Shown: piece by piece, positions 27,350 to 41,569 of the stretch
Numbering within the stretch: position 1 is the stretch's first letter
Layout: every line of letters begins with the position of its first letter
Assembly (NCBI GenBank): GCA_973895155.1
Contig: OZ316893.1
Location: forward strand, 24,541,520 to 24,605,519
DNA length: 64,000 nt
Direction: 5' to 3'
DNA from: Marsupella aquatica
Lineage: Eukaryota > Plantae > Marchantiophyta
Translations under genes and position numbers: made by a program
The notes under the pieces: generated by a model
Database searches by the model: none
Seen by the model: the letters and a program-made list of their open reading frames with translations, nothing else
What the model was told of the DNA's origin: nothing

Positions 27350-28079
27350 AACTACTCTACACCTTCTAAGTGCACACTCTCGGGACGAAGCCGGAGTCTT
27401 GCAGTTATAAAGGTATTCGTAACTTCCTTGAAAATGGGTATTTTTAACTTATATTTTAAGAGCGAAAATGGATGTACCCCCAAAACGAAAATTGTTACTT
27501 GAAGGAACCATGAGTGATCAACTTTGATAGACCATAAATCAATGTACCCAAAACCTAATGGAGTCCATCCAAAACAGTCTAATGCTCCTGTGCACACTCT
27601 CAGGACAAAGTCAGAGTCTTGCAGTTATAAAGGTACTTTTAACTTATGTTTTAAGAGCTAAAATGGAGAGATATACTTGATGCACCCCTAAATGAAAATT
27701 CTTACTTGATGGAACCATGAGTGATCCAGACAGTTTATAGAGCATATTCAATGTACCCAAAACCTAATGGGGTCCATCCAAACAGTCTACTTCTCCTAAG
27801 TGCACCACTCTCAGGATGAAACCAGAGTCTTGCACTTACATAGTGTATTGTTAACATATTTTAAGAGCGTAAATGGACAGATATACTTGATGCACCCCCA
27901 AAATGAAAAGTGTTACTTGATGTAACCATGAATGATAGACCATAAATGAATGTACCCAAAATCCGAAGGGTCCATCCAAAATAGTCTACTCTTCCTAAGT
28001 GCACACTCTCAGGATGAAACCAGAGTCTTGCACTTATATAGGGTATTCTTAACGTGCAAAACTAGAGGGATATACTTGA
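27350..28079. repeat. Tandem repeat of ~200-220-bp units (~3.5 copies) upstream of the ERG gene
   Basis: GTGCACACTCTC..GAGTCTTGCA recurs at ~27370, 27590, 27800 and 28000. The last unit is cut at GATATACTTGA|T by the Helitron end. Confidence 0.85.
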
Positions 28080-31000
28080 CTAGCTCAATGCCCGTGCGTT
28101 GCACAAAAGATGTCAAGGTGATAAAAGATGTCGAGGAGAGAAAAGATATGGAGGTGATGAAAAGATGTCGAGGAGAGAAAAACAATTGAGGAGAGAAAAG
28201 ATGTTGAGGTGAGAAAAGATGTCGAGGTGAGCAAAAGACGTCGAGATGATAAAAGAAGTCGAGGAGAGAAAAAGATGTTGAGGAGAGAAAAGATATTGAG
28301 GTGAGAAAAAGATGTCGAGGTGATAAAAGAAGTCGAGGAGAGAAAAATATGTTGAGGAGAGAAAAGATGTTGAGGTGAGAAAAAGATGTCGAGGTGATAA
28401 AAAAGTCAAGGAGATAAAATATGTTGAGGCTCATAGAAAAGATGTCGAGGTGAACAAAAGATGTTGAGGTGATAAAAGAAATCAAGGAGAGAAAAAGATA
28501 TTGAGAAGAGAAAAGATATCAAGAAGAGAAAAATGTAGAGCTAGGTGAGAAATATATGTCCAGGAGAGAAAAGATTTTGAGAGAAATAGATGTTGAGATG
28601 AGAAAAAAATTGAGGAGAGAAAATATGTCAAGGTGAACAAAAGATGTCAAAGGAGAACAAAAGGTGTTGAGCAAAAAAAAAATGTAAAGTAGAGCAAAAG
28701 ATTTTGAGGTGAGAAAATAAATTTGACAATTTTTCCACCCTTACGTACACGCTAATGGAAGGGGCAAGATGAAGCCTCTCCCTTCTCTTTTCCCATACAT
28801 ATCCCCCTTAGTTCCCCTTTCCCCTTGCCTCTTCCCCTCTTTATTTTGCTTCCCAGGCTTCTTTGGGATGATAAAAGTCCAATTTTGTAAGACGATTGCG
28901 GTGAAAAACCATAGGAATATTTGTCATAGTTTATGGGTGTGAAACTCTCATTATCTTGGCAAATTAGTTCGTGAACCCCTTGAACTCCTGAAAGTCCACC
29001 TTCCCATTACTGTCTGCGTCGACTCCCTTGATCATCTGCTGACACTTCTTATAACTTACTATGTCCTTCTTTCATGCCCAGGCTCTTCAAGACCATCTGC
29101 ACGTAGACGAGGCCCTTACTGAACCCTGCTAAGCCTGCTTCTCTTTCGTTCACTCGTGCCTCATGCGTTGGACAATCTAACAGTACCGAGAGGCATCTCC
29201 GAATTAGGAACTGCAATGATGACGCCATGGAAAGGAGTGTTGAGTGATCCAACATAAAATCATGTCCACCAGGTCGAAAAAATTGTCAGATTACTTTGTC
29301 ATCAGATCAACTTGCCAAGAGAGAGTTACTAAGTTATTATTCAATTGAAACACAATTCAGAATGCGGGTGGGCAGCAGTTACTCAGGGCAAAAAACACGG
29401 AAGGTGGGCCTCCTACTAATTGAACACTCTGATACCTAGGGTTAATAAAAGAGTTATTTTTCAAACATTTTTACATCAAGGTTTACGGCATGGCGTCCTC
29501 AATTTTACCAAATCCTGCCACAAACACGAACGGTGAAGTGATTTTATTTTGTAAACCAATCCATACCTATTTGGAGCGTGTCATGATGATGTGGCGTGCT
29601 ATCATGGAGTCTCGAATTTTGGAAGGGACCTCTAGTGGGGTCCGTAAATATACATAAAAATTTAAGTATTTGGGGGGATAAAAATCCTAAATTATCCCTC
29701 TTTCTCCCATTCTTCTCTTTCCCCCACCTTTTTAACATGTCTAATCTTTTAAACGGACAATCAGAATTGGATCCCACTTTTTTAATTTTCGTGAGCAGAC
29801 GAAACCCAATAATGGCGGGATAGCATATTACAGAGTTAGATCGGGAGTTAAATGGAAAGAACCTCACCATCACTCATGATTCATAACCTAAATGTCAAGG
29901 CAACTCATATTGCTGTAGTGTTGTAGCCCGATGCTTGTGTGTTGCACAAAAGATTCCAAGGCGGGAAAAGATGGCAAGGTGAGGAAAAGAAGTTGAGGTG
30001 AGAAAAAGATAATTATCAAGGAGAGAAAAGATGGCAAGGTGAGAACCCGGGTGAGAAAAAGATGGCAAGATGAGGAAAAGATGTCTTGGTGAGATAAAGA
30101 TCTCAAGTGAGAAAAAGATGGCGAGATGAGAAAAAGATAACATGTCAAGGTGAGAAAAGATCTTGAGGAGAGAAAAAGATGATGAAAAGGGGAAAGTTGT
30201 CAAGGGTGGGAAAGGTGAGATGAAGATGTCAATGTGAAAAAAGATGTCAATGCAAGGTAAAGACGTTAAGGAGAGATAAAAATAAAAAGGCAAGAAAAAT
30301 CGAGAGAAAAAGATGTCGAGGCAAAAACATAATTGTAAGCTTTGCGATGTAGTTGTTGAGACATTTTATGTGTGATCCCGACCATACAGATGTTGCACGG
30401 TCATGTTCAATACCCATGTGTTGCACTTAAGATGTTGTGTAAACGATATCATTGCATAAAAGATGTCCATGTCAAAAAGATGTTGTTGCAAAAGTAATAG
30501 AGGAGAGCGTGAGCTAAATAGATGATGGTAACCGAGGCACATGCATTTGCACAACGCTAGGTCGAAGGTGACATCCCCACTCCTCCTCATGGCCTCCTCG
30601 CCCCCTTTCTCTTGGGCTGCTGCTGCCCTCGGCCGCCCCCCCCGGGCCCCCCCCTCCTCTTCCACAACCCAATAAAAAGCAAGGTTGTCCCTTTTCTCTC
30701 CTTTTTCCCTCTTATTCCTTACTTATTTTCTTTATTGTATTTTCATCTCCACTTGCTCCACTTTGTCTCATCCCTTCTACCTACGTACTTATGTATGGGA
30801 TGGTAACACAATATGTATTTAGCCCCTCATCCATTGGTGCATCAATTAATTTCCCCTCCCTACTTTGAACTCTATGGCTTCTAGTCTTGTCCCCTCATAA
30901 TGGTGCCCCAAGTGCCCCTATCCCAATGACAACACATGGCACCCAAGTGCCCCCATCCCAATGACAACACATGGCACTCACATAGAGCCTATGCCATATC

Positions 31001-31482
31001 TCCCTCCTAGAGAATCTTTGTGATACTTCAAAAAGCAATCTCCCCTTCTAATTTTACTCTAACTTTCCAATGAGTGACATTGAGAGATTTTACCAAGATA
31101 ACTGTACTAAAGAGGTCACGAGTTTCTAAATCTTGATCTTGAGCTTTCCAATGAATCAAACGTTGACAGATTTCATCAAGTAGTAAGGAGATTGATTATT
31201 TAGTTTTACAATATATATGGAGCCAAAGGGGTTCTAACTATGTACATTTCTATTGATTGGCTTTCTCAAATTTGCAAACAATTAAAAAATACAAGCATTT
31301 TGATGTAAAACACTAATACATCATTGACAAACATCATAATGGTAACTTTATTTTACTAAATGACATCTCTTCCTTTGTATTCTGTTTTTTTTACGCTTAA
31401 TATTTACGGCGTGGTGCCCCAAAAATTACGTTGCTTTTGCCACAAACATGAATGTGTGATTTTGTTACTATCAAAAATATGA
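28080..31482 (-). mobile_element. Non-autonomous Helitron-like element(s), probably two nested or tandem 3' ends
   Basis: Minus strand reads TTGTGCAACGCACGGG hairpin + CATTGAG + CTAG|T, ending at 28080. A degenerate second 3' end lies at ~29925. Candidate A|TC 5' end at 31482. Confidence 0.6.
28105..28720. repeat. Minisatellite of ~18-20-bp units (GAGAAAAAGATGTCGAGG)
   Basis: Directly visible purine-rich repeat; a second array lies at ~29945-30325. Confidence 0.9.
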
Positions 31483-32865
31483 TCTTTCCTGTTTGTGGCT
31501 GGTTGTGCTTATGTGGCACAACCTTGAGGCAAGGAATTTGCAAGGGACCTCTCATGGGGTTTGTAACAAACATAAGAAACTGGGATAGTTACAAGTGGAA
31601 CTCATGTCCAAAACCCATAATAATTTTCAACAAAATCAAATAGTGATGGTAGTCAACAATACACAATTGAACACGCTAGATCTGATCACACATGTAACTA
31701 TGTCAAGTCCAATGCACCGTTCACTCAAGGAAACCTCGTTCATGTGCACACAACCTGGTCAGCCACACCATAGCCGCCGAGATAGCCGCCAAAGCTCATG
31801 CTTGAAGGCTCACCATTGAAAAATGAGGCCTCCAAGCCAACACAAGGAAAAATTATCCCTCATGCTATCCCTCCAAATGTAAATAATACCTAAAGTGCTC
31901 AAATAGCACACTATTGGGAAAAAGGTACTGTGGGGAAAAAGAAGAAACCTTGAGAAATTGCATTGGTACTTTGTAATAAGCGCATCATACATGTGCTTGA
32001 GTTGTCCATTTTCAAACCGGAGAATTCGGATGACCAATTAGTATGTCAATTCATTATATGTTATTCACAAAGTACAAAAAATGGGGGAAAAGGTTAGTGA
32101 TTGTTTGGTTCAATCAATAAAGGATCCAATGCTAACAAACATTTGAGCATGTTGAGATTGGAAACTACAAAACACAACGAGATTGGAAATAAATCACACA
32201 CCACTAGCATAATCATCTTGTAATTTATGTATGGAATACAGTTATTGGTGTTAACCATTTTTAGAGGTCCTTGCTATTCCCATAACAGGAAGGGATCATG
32301 ATAGCAACCTTTTTCTGGACAGTAATTACATACTATAAAGGAGTTTTGGAAAGGGGTTCCCTCCCAATTTAATGCTCAGAAAAACTTCCAGGCTTCTGCC
32401 TCTCAACTTTTAGTCACTTTCTGGTCACAAGGTTACAGGCTAGTAACCCCAGCCTAGACTGCATTACCCTATACTTCTAGCTTGTGCCAACCTGAAAAAT
32501 CAACCTACCTCACCATTACATATGCTACACTCACTCTTGTAGCCTCCAAACCCCTCAGCACTAAGGAAAATTGCACCTAAGACCTTTCAAACCCAGAGCT
32601 ACAGTTATCCCGTGACCACCTGATCTAGACCAATTTAGGGGGGCTTTACAAGATGGTGGGGGCTGTTCAATGTTTCTCCATCCAAAGCAAAGTTCACAGC
32701 CAGTTCCATACACTAAAGCTACAATGCCTGAGCAAAATGTGTCAGGTCTAGCACTAATAATGGAATATTCTAAAATTTGGTTAAGAAACCCTGAAAGAAA
32801 GAGCTTACTCCGTTCTCTTAGACCACCTCAAGAGCATGGTCTATATAATTTTTTTACCAAAAAGC

Positions 32866-33178
32866 CTCGGGGCCTAGCCTTCACTTCTTTTCTTCCAACC
32901 CATCACGCACAAATAAATATAATTAGGGTTTTTTTCGGGTTTAGTGAAAGACTTTTAAATTTTTGTTGAAGAACATTAGGGTTCTTTTTAACATTTTGAG
33001 AATTATAAGAATCATAGAATTTTTAAACCAAATTTAAGAATACTCCATTAAATTAAGGGTGAAAATTTCCTCAAAAAAGCTTTATTGACTTAAAATTTAG
33101 GGTGTTAAGTTTTAGGGTGTTTATTCCCCCAAAACTTGGCGTGTGATATGAGACACCCCTTGGATTGAGGCCCTTGAG
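32866..33178 (+). mobile_element. MITE related to the CTCGGGG-TIR family (divergent subfamily)
   Basis: TIRs CTCGGGGCCT / AGGCCCTTGAG; 8-bp TSD CAAAAAGC; similar internal GAAGAACATTAGGG motif. Confidence 0.75.
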
Positions 33179-36100
33179 CAAAAAGCATGTACACATGGGG
33201 AAAAAAGGGGACCCACTGAGAGATGACTAGGTTTTGGTAATGATTTGCCTATTTGTGCCCCCAAATTCATGTAAAGTGAAATGTGGCCTGATGACTAGGT
33301 TTGATAATGGTGTTGCCTAATTGTGCCCCCACATTCATGCCCCAAATTCATGTAAAGTGAAATGTGGCCTGTTCCCAAATGTTACTAATAAAGCCCAATG
33401 TAAAGCTACTTTCAAGTGCTACTATCTAGAGTGAAGCCTCTAGACCAAATCTCTCAATAGGACAAAACTGAAAAGTGAAGATGGACCCCCCAAAACGGGA
33501 TGGGAGCAAAGATTAATAACAATGATATTGACTCTAAATAAGGACAAAACTAATAATGATTCTCAATAAAGACAAAATAGAAGTGAGGGTGAAAATAAAG
33601 GGATGGAGGTAACATGAACAACATTATTTTTGTTTTGCAATATATTTTTTGGTTTCATCTCTATTTAAATCAGGCTAGAACGGGTAATCAGGCTAGTTTG
33701 AATAACTATAGCTTGAATAACTTGGATTGCATGTCACACATAGATGCAGTCCTGCCCCAGTTCTTGCATTGTAAAGCCACCATTACTAGTCTAACTCAAG
33801 TGGCTTGAGAGTTGTTTTCTTCCTCATTGCATGTTTGTACATTGTTGCCACTTCCCTTCCCCAGTCCAAATCGAGCATGTGCACTTTCTGCCAAAGAAGA
33901 TGCCGTCTCTTCTGCTCGTAAGTAGATTTTGTTTTTGTTTCACCATCCAATGAACGCACTGGCATGGCACTTGGATTCAAGCTATGGGATCGAAGGAAGT
34001 TTACATAATTAAACGATAGTTGTCTCTCGACAAATACAGAGGTCATCTTCGCATTGGGACCGTGACTATGGAAGACGATCTGCTCCATTTAGTAAGCACG
34101 AACTGTTGCATCATCCTCGCGATGACTTTCAATTGCTTCGAAGACAGTATGAAAAGTTGTCCATGGAAGCTCTGGAGTAATCTGGTTCACCGTATAGTCT
34201 TAGCTAGGATCCTGCATGGAAGCAATTGCCCATCAACTTGGAGTTCTCCCATCCCTTCCTTACGTCTAACTCAACTCACTTACAGTGCAAGTCTGGTGCT
34301 GGAATTGGGCTAATCTGAAGCCCGATCTGAAGTCCAGAATCCAGAAACAAGGAAAGCATGCTGGGAGTTTAGTAAAGCAATTTGTCAAGCACTGATTAAA
34401 ACTCTGTTACGTATTAAAATAAGCCCAAACCGCATGGCGTAGAATGCCATGAGTCTATCTCTCCGTATTCATTTGTTGCTTCCAAATTCTTTGTTCAAAT
34501 GTTCCTTTCTTCAGGCTCAAGATGGGAGTCTTTGATCTCCGCTCAGATTTGGTGGCAACTGAAGGCTTTGGGATGCAGATTGATGCATGTAAGCCAGATC
34601 TAGAAATTAACCAAGGCGGTAGAGTACACATTTATAATGGACTCATTTGTCCGGAGTCCCTTAAATATGTTCGACAGAAAACTTCTTGAACAACAGAGGC
34701 AGCCAGACATTACCGTTCAATCCTCACCACCGTCACCTGTCTCCAGAATTAGATTTGAACACTCAGTGTCACATCAGATGGGAAGGCTTTGGGATGGACA
34801 TAATCAGTTGAATGAGGATTCTGAGGAGTGGCTCCAATTTTATCAACTTGCCAGTGCAGTTGAACTGGTTGTTAAGCATTGAATAGTTTCACTGAGTACG
34901 TGGTCGAATCTTCCTATGAATGATTGACTCCCTAGTAACTCAGCATCATTCCTACTCGTTGATCTCTTGCTCGGCTCTTTGTGGGGGCACGATTCATTGG
35001 ATTGTCGGTAATTAATTTTACCTGTTGCCGTTTGGTATGTGTTGCTCATGCTCTCTAATCACCTCGAGTCTCCATGACTTTACGGTGGACCTTTGGTAAT
35101 CCCTAAAGGACGTCATATTTGAAACGGAGCAACGTGTAACCAGGAATATCCTTAGATGAAGGAAGGTTAATGCCTGAGCCGTATGAAGGACGGTACAAGC
35201 AGTTCAAGTTGAAGAGTAATAGGTGCTGAAACTGTGTTTCTGGCTAGGAATAGCCTCTCACAGTTAGGTTTCACGAACTCCAAAACAGTTGAGACACGCA
35301 ATGCAAACAACTGATTCTAGAAACCCAGTTTCAGCACCAATTACTACCTAGGGGTAGTCTAGGTTTAGTCAGCTAGTCTATCCCTGAATTAATTATCATC
35401 ATTATATTTAACATGAAAAAGTTGTAGTTAAAGATGAAGAAATGTAAAAGTCAATCTTTTGTCAGAATCCTTCCAAAGCACTGGGGATACGGAACTTAAT
35501 CGACTGCTGCTAGTTTAGCCTAGTTGACACGGAATTACTCTCATGACATATCATGTCTTAGTCCACGGAATTCTCAATCAATTACAGTAACTAAGTTAGT
35601 AACCAATTGGTATGAGATAGAAAGGCACTTGACGCTACCCATACATGCCAACGTCTATGGATTACCGCCAACAATCTTCCATTGGATTCATATTCCATTC
35701 TCAACAGACCGCAAGTCAACCGGTAACCTAGTACTTAGACGTATATATCGTGTCTCTCTTGTCAAGCCTTGGAAGGTTTACATGTGGACGACATTTCTAG
35801 GCAATCTAGATGGACAAACTGAAGAATATCTCAAAGGCCAGAATGCATCTGTAAGCGCACCGTGATGCATAGATCTTGACGTTAGGAGGCCTGCACTCCT
35901 GTGCGTTTAAATGTCTCAATGGCACAGTTCCAGGACTAGACCTGGGTTTCATCACCTAACTATTTCTGTTTGGACACATTCTAATCGTTAGCAGAAATAC
36001 ATCAGGAAGTGAGCGGTAGGTTGGTTAGTCATCTAGTTGAGAATACATATTTGATGTACAGGTCTTCGTTTCAGTTAGAGTTAATTGGTCTCCTGTTATG

Positions 36101-36879
36101 GCGGTCCGCGCTCTGTGATGCATGACTCCCGACTTCTCGTCAACTTTGTCCAAGCTTTATCTCTCCGGTCCACTCGGATCCCCATATATAGTTTACACGT
36201 CAAATTTGTCCATTTCAGGAGCTCGTCCAATTCCGTGCAGGCGAGAATTAACAACCATTTCGGGATTTCAGAAGTTACCCCAATTTCACATCATTCGCAG
36301 CAGGCAAAGCATTAACAACCATTGTTACGGTTTCAGAAGTTTAGTCGAATGTCAGATGTATTCTCTGCAGGCAAAGAACTAACAATCATTTTGAGGGTTT
36401 CAGAAGTCAGTGAAATTTCAGATCGCTGCAGGCAAGTATTGTCTACTGCAAAGAACATGCCATACACGAGGAGACAGTGAGTTTCCAATTAAAGCATGCG
36501 GATGCAATAGAATAATGGGGCGTGTCAAAATTGACACGGGCCTGCAGGACACCATCACCACGTCTTCAGTTGGTAATGAAGGCTCTCGTCCACAGAGCCC
36601 AAAAAAGACCTTTCGAGGTTTCAACAGGGACTCTGGGTTCATCGCCAAAGACCTACAGGAGATCCATGAGGGATCTAAGTTTGACCTGAATGCTATTTAA
36701 TGCTTGTTTCTAGTGTGGAGCCAAATCTTTTTACATAGTGTAAGTGCCTTGGCCAGCCCACACTCCCAGGTTCTAAACTGCCAGGAGTCTTTTGTACAAG
36801 GCACAACAGTTATATACCTCAGACACCCAATTAGTGCAATAGTCTGTTAGTACAGTGCCTTGCGTCTAAGTGTATCCTG

Positions 36880-37235
36880 CATAAGTGTAGGCCGACCATA
36901 ATTATAGTCCCTGAGTATTACAGCAATGTGTTTTGAAAATGTACCAAAAAAAATGCAGTCTGTGTATGTGTATGTGTATGTGCAGGTAGACCCTCACTAA
37001 ATGACAAATCCTGCATAAGTGCAGGTAGACCATGTAGTCCCCTAATATTGCAGCCATGTCCCTTTGTAAATGCACCAAAAAATGCAATGTGCATAAGTGC
37101 AAGTGAACCACCACTAAATGACAAAGCCAGCATAAGTGTAGGTAGACCATGTAGTCCCTTAATATTCCAGCAATGTCCCTTTGTAAATGCACCAGCAAAT
37201 GCAATCTGCATAAGTGCAGGTAGACCCTCACTAAG
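36880..37235. repeat. Degenerate tandem repeat (~80-125-bp units, CTGCATAAGTGCAGGTAGACC core)
   Basis: Core recurs at ~36877, 37011, 37130 and 37207. Confidence 0.75.
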
Positions 37236-37522
37236 TATACATGCATTTATCAATTACTGCAATGTACAAATGAAAAGCCCTACATAAAGGAGTTTCATCC
37301 ACTTATCCAGTTCACTTGAATCATGCAATAAGAGGGCTTGAGGTTTGGGAGTGTGACCTGGCAACACAATGGGAAAGTGCATAAGAGTTTTCTCATGCAC
37401 TTACTAGATAGTGGAGACCATGCACATATGGAGATTGAGGTGCATAAGTGATACCTTGTGCACTTATAGTGCATTATGTGGAAGGTGCAGGCTGGTGGTG
37501 ACTTCCCATAAAGCTGCACTTA

Positions 37523-38037
37523 GAGCATCCCCACCGGTCTCGGTGTACCGCCTTTTGGTGAGAAAAGTTGCGTGCGGGGCCTGACTGGTGCACAGCGACT
37601 GGTAGGGTACCCCACCCGTCTCAGTAATATACTGCGTCGAGTCTGCCATTGTTGCGACTGAGACACGAACCAAACGTGCGCGCTGTAGGGTCTCGATCGT
37701 GCACTTTCTGCAAAGGACGAGTACCTGTAGCAGCACACTCAGTCACATGTAGTATGTTGTGCAGTTCACCAAGAGGAATATGACACCACACCCATGAAGC
37801 CAGAGCTGTCAGTTTCTCCAAAGATGCACATCTGTAGGCCATTGGATTCGGATGGAGTGTTTGAGCAGGCAAGGCTAGCGTGCGGCAGAATGCCTTGCAG
37901 GAGGTCTCTCTTGATGAGCCGGGATTGCATTTTTCAAAATACCGTGTTCCGGTGGGGATACTAAATTCACCTGGGTGGGCTCCGTGGTGGTAAAACCTGC
38001 ACCATGCGCCTGTTTACCGCATCCGGTGGGGATGCTC
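37523..38037. mobile_element. PIF/Harbinger (Tourist-like) MITE
   Basis: Perfect 15-bp TIRs GAGCATCCCCACCGG / CCGGTGGGGATGCTC; TTA TSD on both sides. Confidence 0.9.
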
Positions 38038-38293
38038 TTAGACACTGTTCTCTCTATCAATAAGAGTGCCCATATAGGGCAGCATTCCATTGCCCGCAAC
38101 CCAGTTAGCCCTTTCATCTACTAGAATCTTGGAAAAAATGTAAGCCACTTGTTATTTCAGAGAACCCTCAACTTTCCAGTAGGAAGTGGATGGGCAACAA
38201 AGCCTTCCATCTCCTTGGAGTGTCCTCAATTCCTTAATTAAGGGCTCATTGAATAGTGCCCACAAGTAATCTAGCCCCTATAATGTACAATGA

Positions 38294-38660
38294 GAGCATC
38301 TCCACCAGCTAGTTGGGTTGGTCTACTGTAATGCTATGTTGATCAAACCCACTAAGGTTCAACAAAAGAAAGCAACCCATTGGGGTTACTGTAAAGCATT
38401 TCATTTTTGACCTTACTAACTCAATTTGCTTATGACCTTACTGGGTTTCTTGGTTACCCCATTTGTATAGCTATATAGGCGCATTGACTAATTCATTGCT
38501 AAGTTAATGATTAGCATCCAAAGGTGCATATGTTAGGAGATACTATTAGGTTAAATGACATATCACCCTTGCCTTACACAGTGTACTAAAAAAGACAACC
38601 TTTTTTTCTATATTTAATGTAAACAAAATAAACCAATAGCGTACACAGGTGGAGATGCAC
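38294..38660. mobile_element. PIF/Harbinger (Tourist-like) MITE
   Basis: TIRs GAGCATCTCCACC / GGTGGAGATGCAC; TGA/TTA TSD; an empty-site paralogue lies at ~38695-38805. Confidence 0.8.
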
Positions 38661-38889
38661 TTACCCCACCCAAAACGCAAGGTACGTTGGGCAGGGCAAC
38701 AAAGCTTCCATCTCCTTCGTGTGTCCTCAACTCCTTCATTAAGGGCTCATTGAATATCGCCCACCTGTACACTAGCCTCTATTTACACTTACCCCACACA
38801 CAAAAGTAGCTACATTCGCTCCTTTGCACAGTGAGGTAAATTGGTAGATGGAAGAGAGATTTTGGGTGACAGCTCAAACGATTGCTTCT

Positions 38890-40600
38890 TTACTAGTACT
38901 GTATACATAAAATGGAAACGAGTGCGCTAAGGTTCCCATCCCTTCGACTGGATTGGAAGATTAGAGCACTGGCAGCTCCCCCGAACTGTTGTATATATAG
39001 AGACTGTGTAGAGTGGGGCAGATTCCTGAAAATATTGTCAAGTCGTCGATACATCAGTCTCACGGTGCCAACTTTCCAGACTGGTGGGTATAACGGCTGC
39101 ATCCCGGCGAGGTATTCTATAATGCGAGCAAATAGGAGTTTTGTTAGCTAAGGGAGTATTGTTAGCGAGACCCTTGTGGTTTTAAATTTATTTTGCTTTT
39201 TGCTGCCTTTTCTATGTGTTTTTTATGACTCCAGATGGCTAGCGAGATCGCTAGCAAAAAGAGAAGTCCCCAAAATAGATGTTATCAAGCACTTTACTGT
39301 TAGCGAGCAGTTTACTGTTAGCGAGACAATTGCATATAAAAAAAATTAGGGGTCATGTGAGTAAACTTTTTGCTCATGCGGGCTATTTCCATGGGATGCG
39401 CTCGCAGTCACAGCTGGTCGTTTTTCTTCCAGGCCCAGTTCTGAACGGGAGCTCCAATTTCTTTTGAGCAGACAGCAAAAAGAATTGGCCCTGTGCACGG
39501 GCAGCATCCTGAGCGAGACACGGTTTACTAGCAAGGATCGACTTTATTCCCTTGCTTCGTTCAATTCAATCCAAGTGAATCAGTCAAAAGAAACACTGAA
39601 GCTGAGCTGAGCAGGAAAGGCACTGGCCAGCTTCCATGAACTCAAGCGGAATAAACTAATCGCCTCGTTGTCGTCGTGCTGGTCACGGAATTAAGGTGTT
39701 GTTCCTCTCCCCTCTCGAAGCTCGTGAGTCCAGAAGCGCCACGAAATAAGTCCCACGATTGCTTAACCTATTCACCTATTGAGCATCCTGAACTTATCAG
39801 AGGTCAGCAACATCCCAAGAGACTGCGGAAGTCAGAATCACTCCATATTTTATCTCATGCCAGCCAAGACGTCAGACAAATTTCTTCCAGGGGGATAAAG
39901 AACCCATTATCTAAAATCGCATTGGATTCCTTGACGACAAAAACGATTCCGCCTTACATTGCCAGGAAAAGTCAAGAAATGGGGTTCACACGAGTCTTTG
40001 CTTCAAAGTGAAGGGAAAGACACGTACGACGAATATTCTTGGATCATAGATAGTCACCCCAGCTGATCGAGTCGCAAACGAGGTCGCAAAGGACTTGTTC
40101 ACCTTGGATCCGAGAGCATATTTGGTTTTAGTTTTGTTTTGCCCGGAGGTACAATCCAGATGGTGTGTTTGACGTACTCCCAAGACGTGGCGCACGGTTG
40201 GAGTGCAAAGAATCGAACAAATGAAGCGAAATGAAACGAATCGATGATCGAAGCAGGTCCACACCATTCAGATTAGATGGAATTGTTCGAATCAGTTCCT
40301 CAATCCAGAACCTGAGAATACAAGTTTCTGCAAAGTAGAATCGTTCTGGTGGCGTGTTCGATAGACGGAGACGTGGCACCGAGTCCCAATTCACGGAACA
40401 AACTACCACAACGTTACGATTGTATCTATTGTGCAGGCTAGGGCCATTCAGAGTCTTGCAAACTTTGGCTGAACTGGACAAACTTTCAATGATCGTTAAC
40501 TTCTTTCAACGAAGGCCGTTGCGCGAATTGTCGTTGGCTTGGCTTAGCTCAAAAGTTGTAAAATTAAGCTAAATATCCGTATAGCATCTCAGCATTTCCG
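38890..40600 (-). mobile_element. Possible highly decayed pogo/Tigger-like (Tc1/mariner) element
   Basis: Weak motif echoes only: PPERFYFAETCILRFW resembles NxDETGLFW, and PR*TSPLRP..LDQLG resembles PPNTTSxLQPLDQG. Repeated TTAGCGAG motifs at 39160-39330. Confidence 0.3.
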
Positions 40601-41569
40601 ATTCTCGTGAAAGTCTCAATTAGTACGTAAGAAATAGAAGGAACGAAACAACCCAAGATAACCAGATAACGATTCAAGTGAGTTGTTCGACACCATCTCC
40701 GAAGATTTGATGTAAAACTCTCTGATTATTTCATTTACAATCTATCATCAACTTCTTTCCACCATAAACACCTTGGCATGTGTAGCCAATGATTTCCCTT
40801 CGCGATCTGAACTTACTCGATCACTCCCCCTTAACATGATGGGGAAAATGGTTGCACTTAGACTAGCTAGTGTGGTCGTCGCCAGAAAGGTGGGCCGTCT
40901 AGGAGACCGACAAAACTCAGAAAAAATGTGTGATGTTAATTACGAATTACGCTTCGTGAACATCTGTGTTCCTTGCGTCTGTATCGTACCATAGACGAGC
41001 TATGGGTCTCTACCTACCCTCTTTATAATCACGACTAGTAGTTCAATCTTGAGCTATGTGAATTGAATGTACGGCATAACTGTGTCCTACGATGATTTCA
41101 AGTGAACTGTGTCGTCAAATAATTTCAATCTCAATTGAAGTCGACACTGAGAAGGTGTGCATGGCGCGGAGACATTGGACACTCCGATACATCCGGGAAT
41201 CGGCTGCTGCTGCTGGCCTGGCAATGAAAGGGTGGCTGCCTTCGGAGTCACTCCATTCAGGAAAATAAACGAGAAATTTAACGGTTTCCTTGGTGCAATG
41301 CAGCCCGAACTGAAGTTCTATGGCATTCCAATAATCAAATCTATATTTGGGGTGTGTGCGAGCTCAGATACCAATTATCGTGCATCACAAGCCGTTTGTG
41401 ATGCATGATAATTGCCTTCAAGAAAAAATTCAGTAAGTTCCCCATGTCTACCCATCCTTATCTTTGGGTCTTCGATGTCAACCACGTATGCCCACAGTGG
41501 AAGCAAGAAAAATTCCTCTCCAGCCAACCACGTATGCCCACAGTGGAGGCAAGAGAAATTCCTCTCCAG

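Noticed and set aside
28009-30293. Phe/Ser/Leu-rich ORFs on the minus strand
   Set aside because: They are translations of the purine-rich minisatellites, with no protein features.
33786-35050. Short ORFs that might be a decayed gene or LINE fragment
   Set aside because: No recognisable motif and no consistent frame or splice pattern.
36237-36440. Three to four ~40-bp repeats with ~22-nt intervening sequences, CRISPR-like in appearance
   Set aside because: The repeats are degenerate, the 'spacers' resemble one another (AATTTCAGAT), there are no cas genes and the context is eukaryotic; it is an old tandem repeat.
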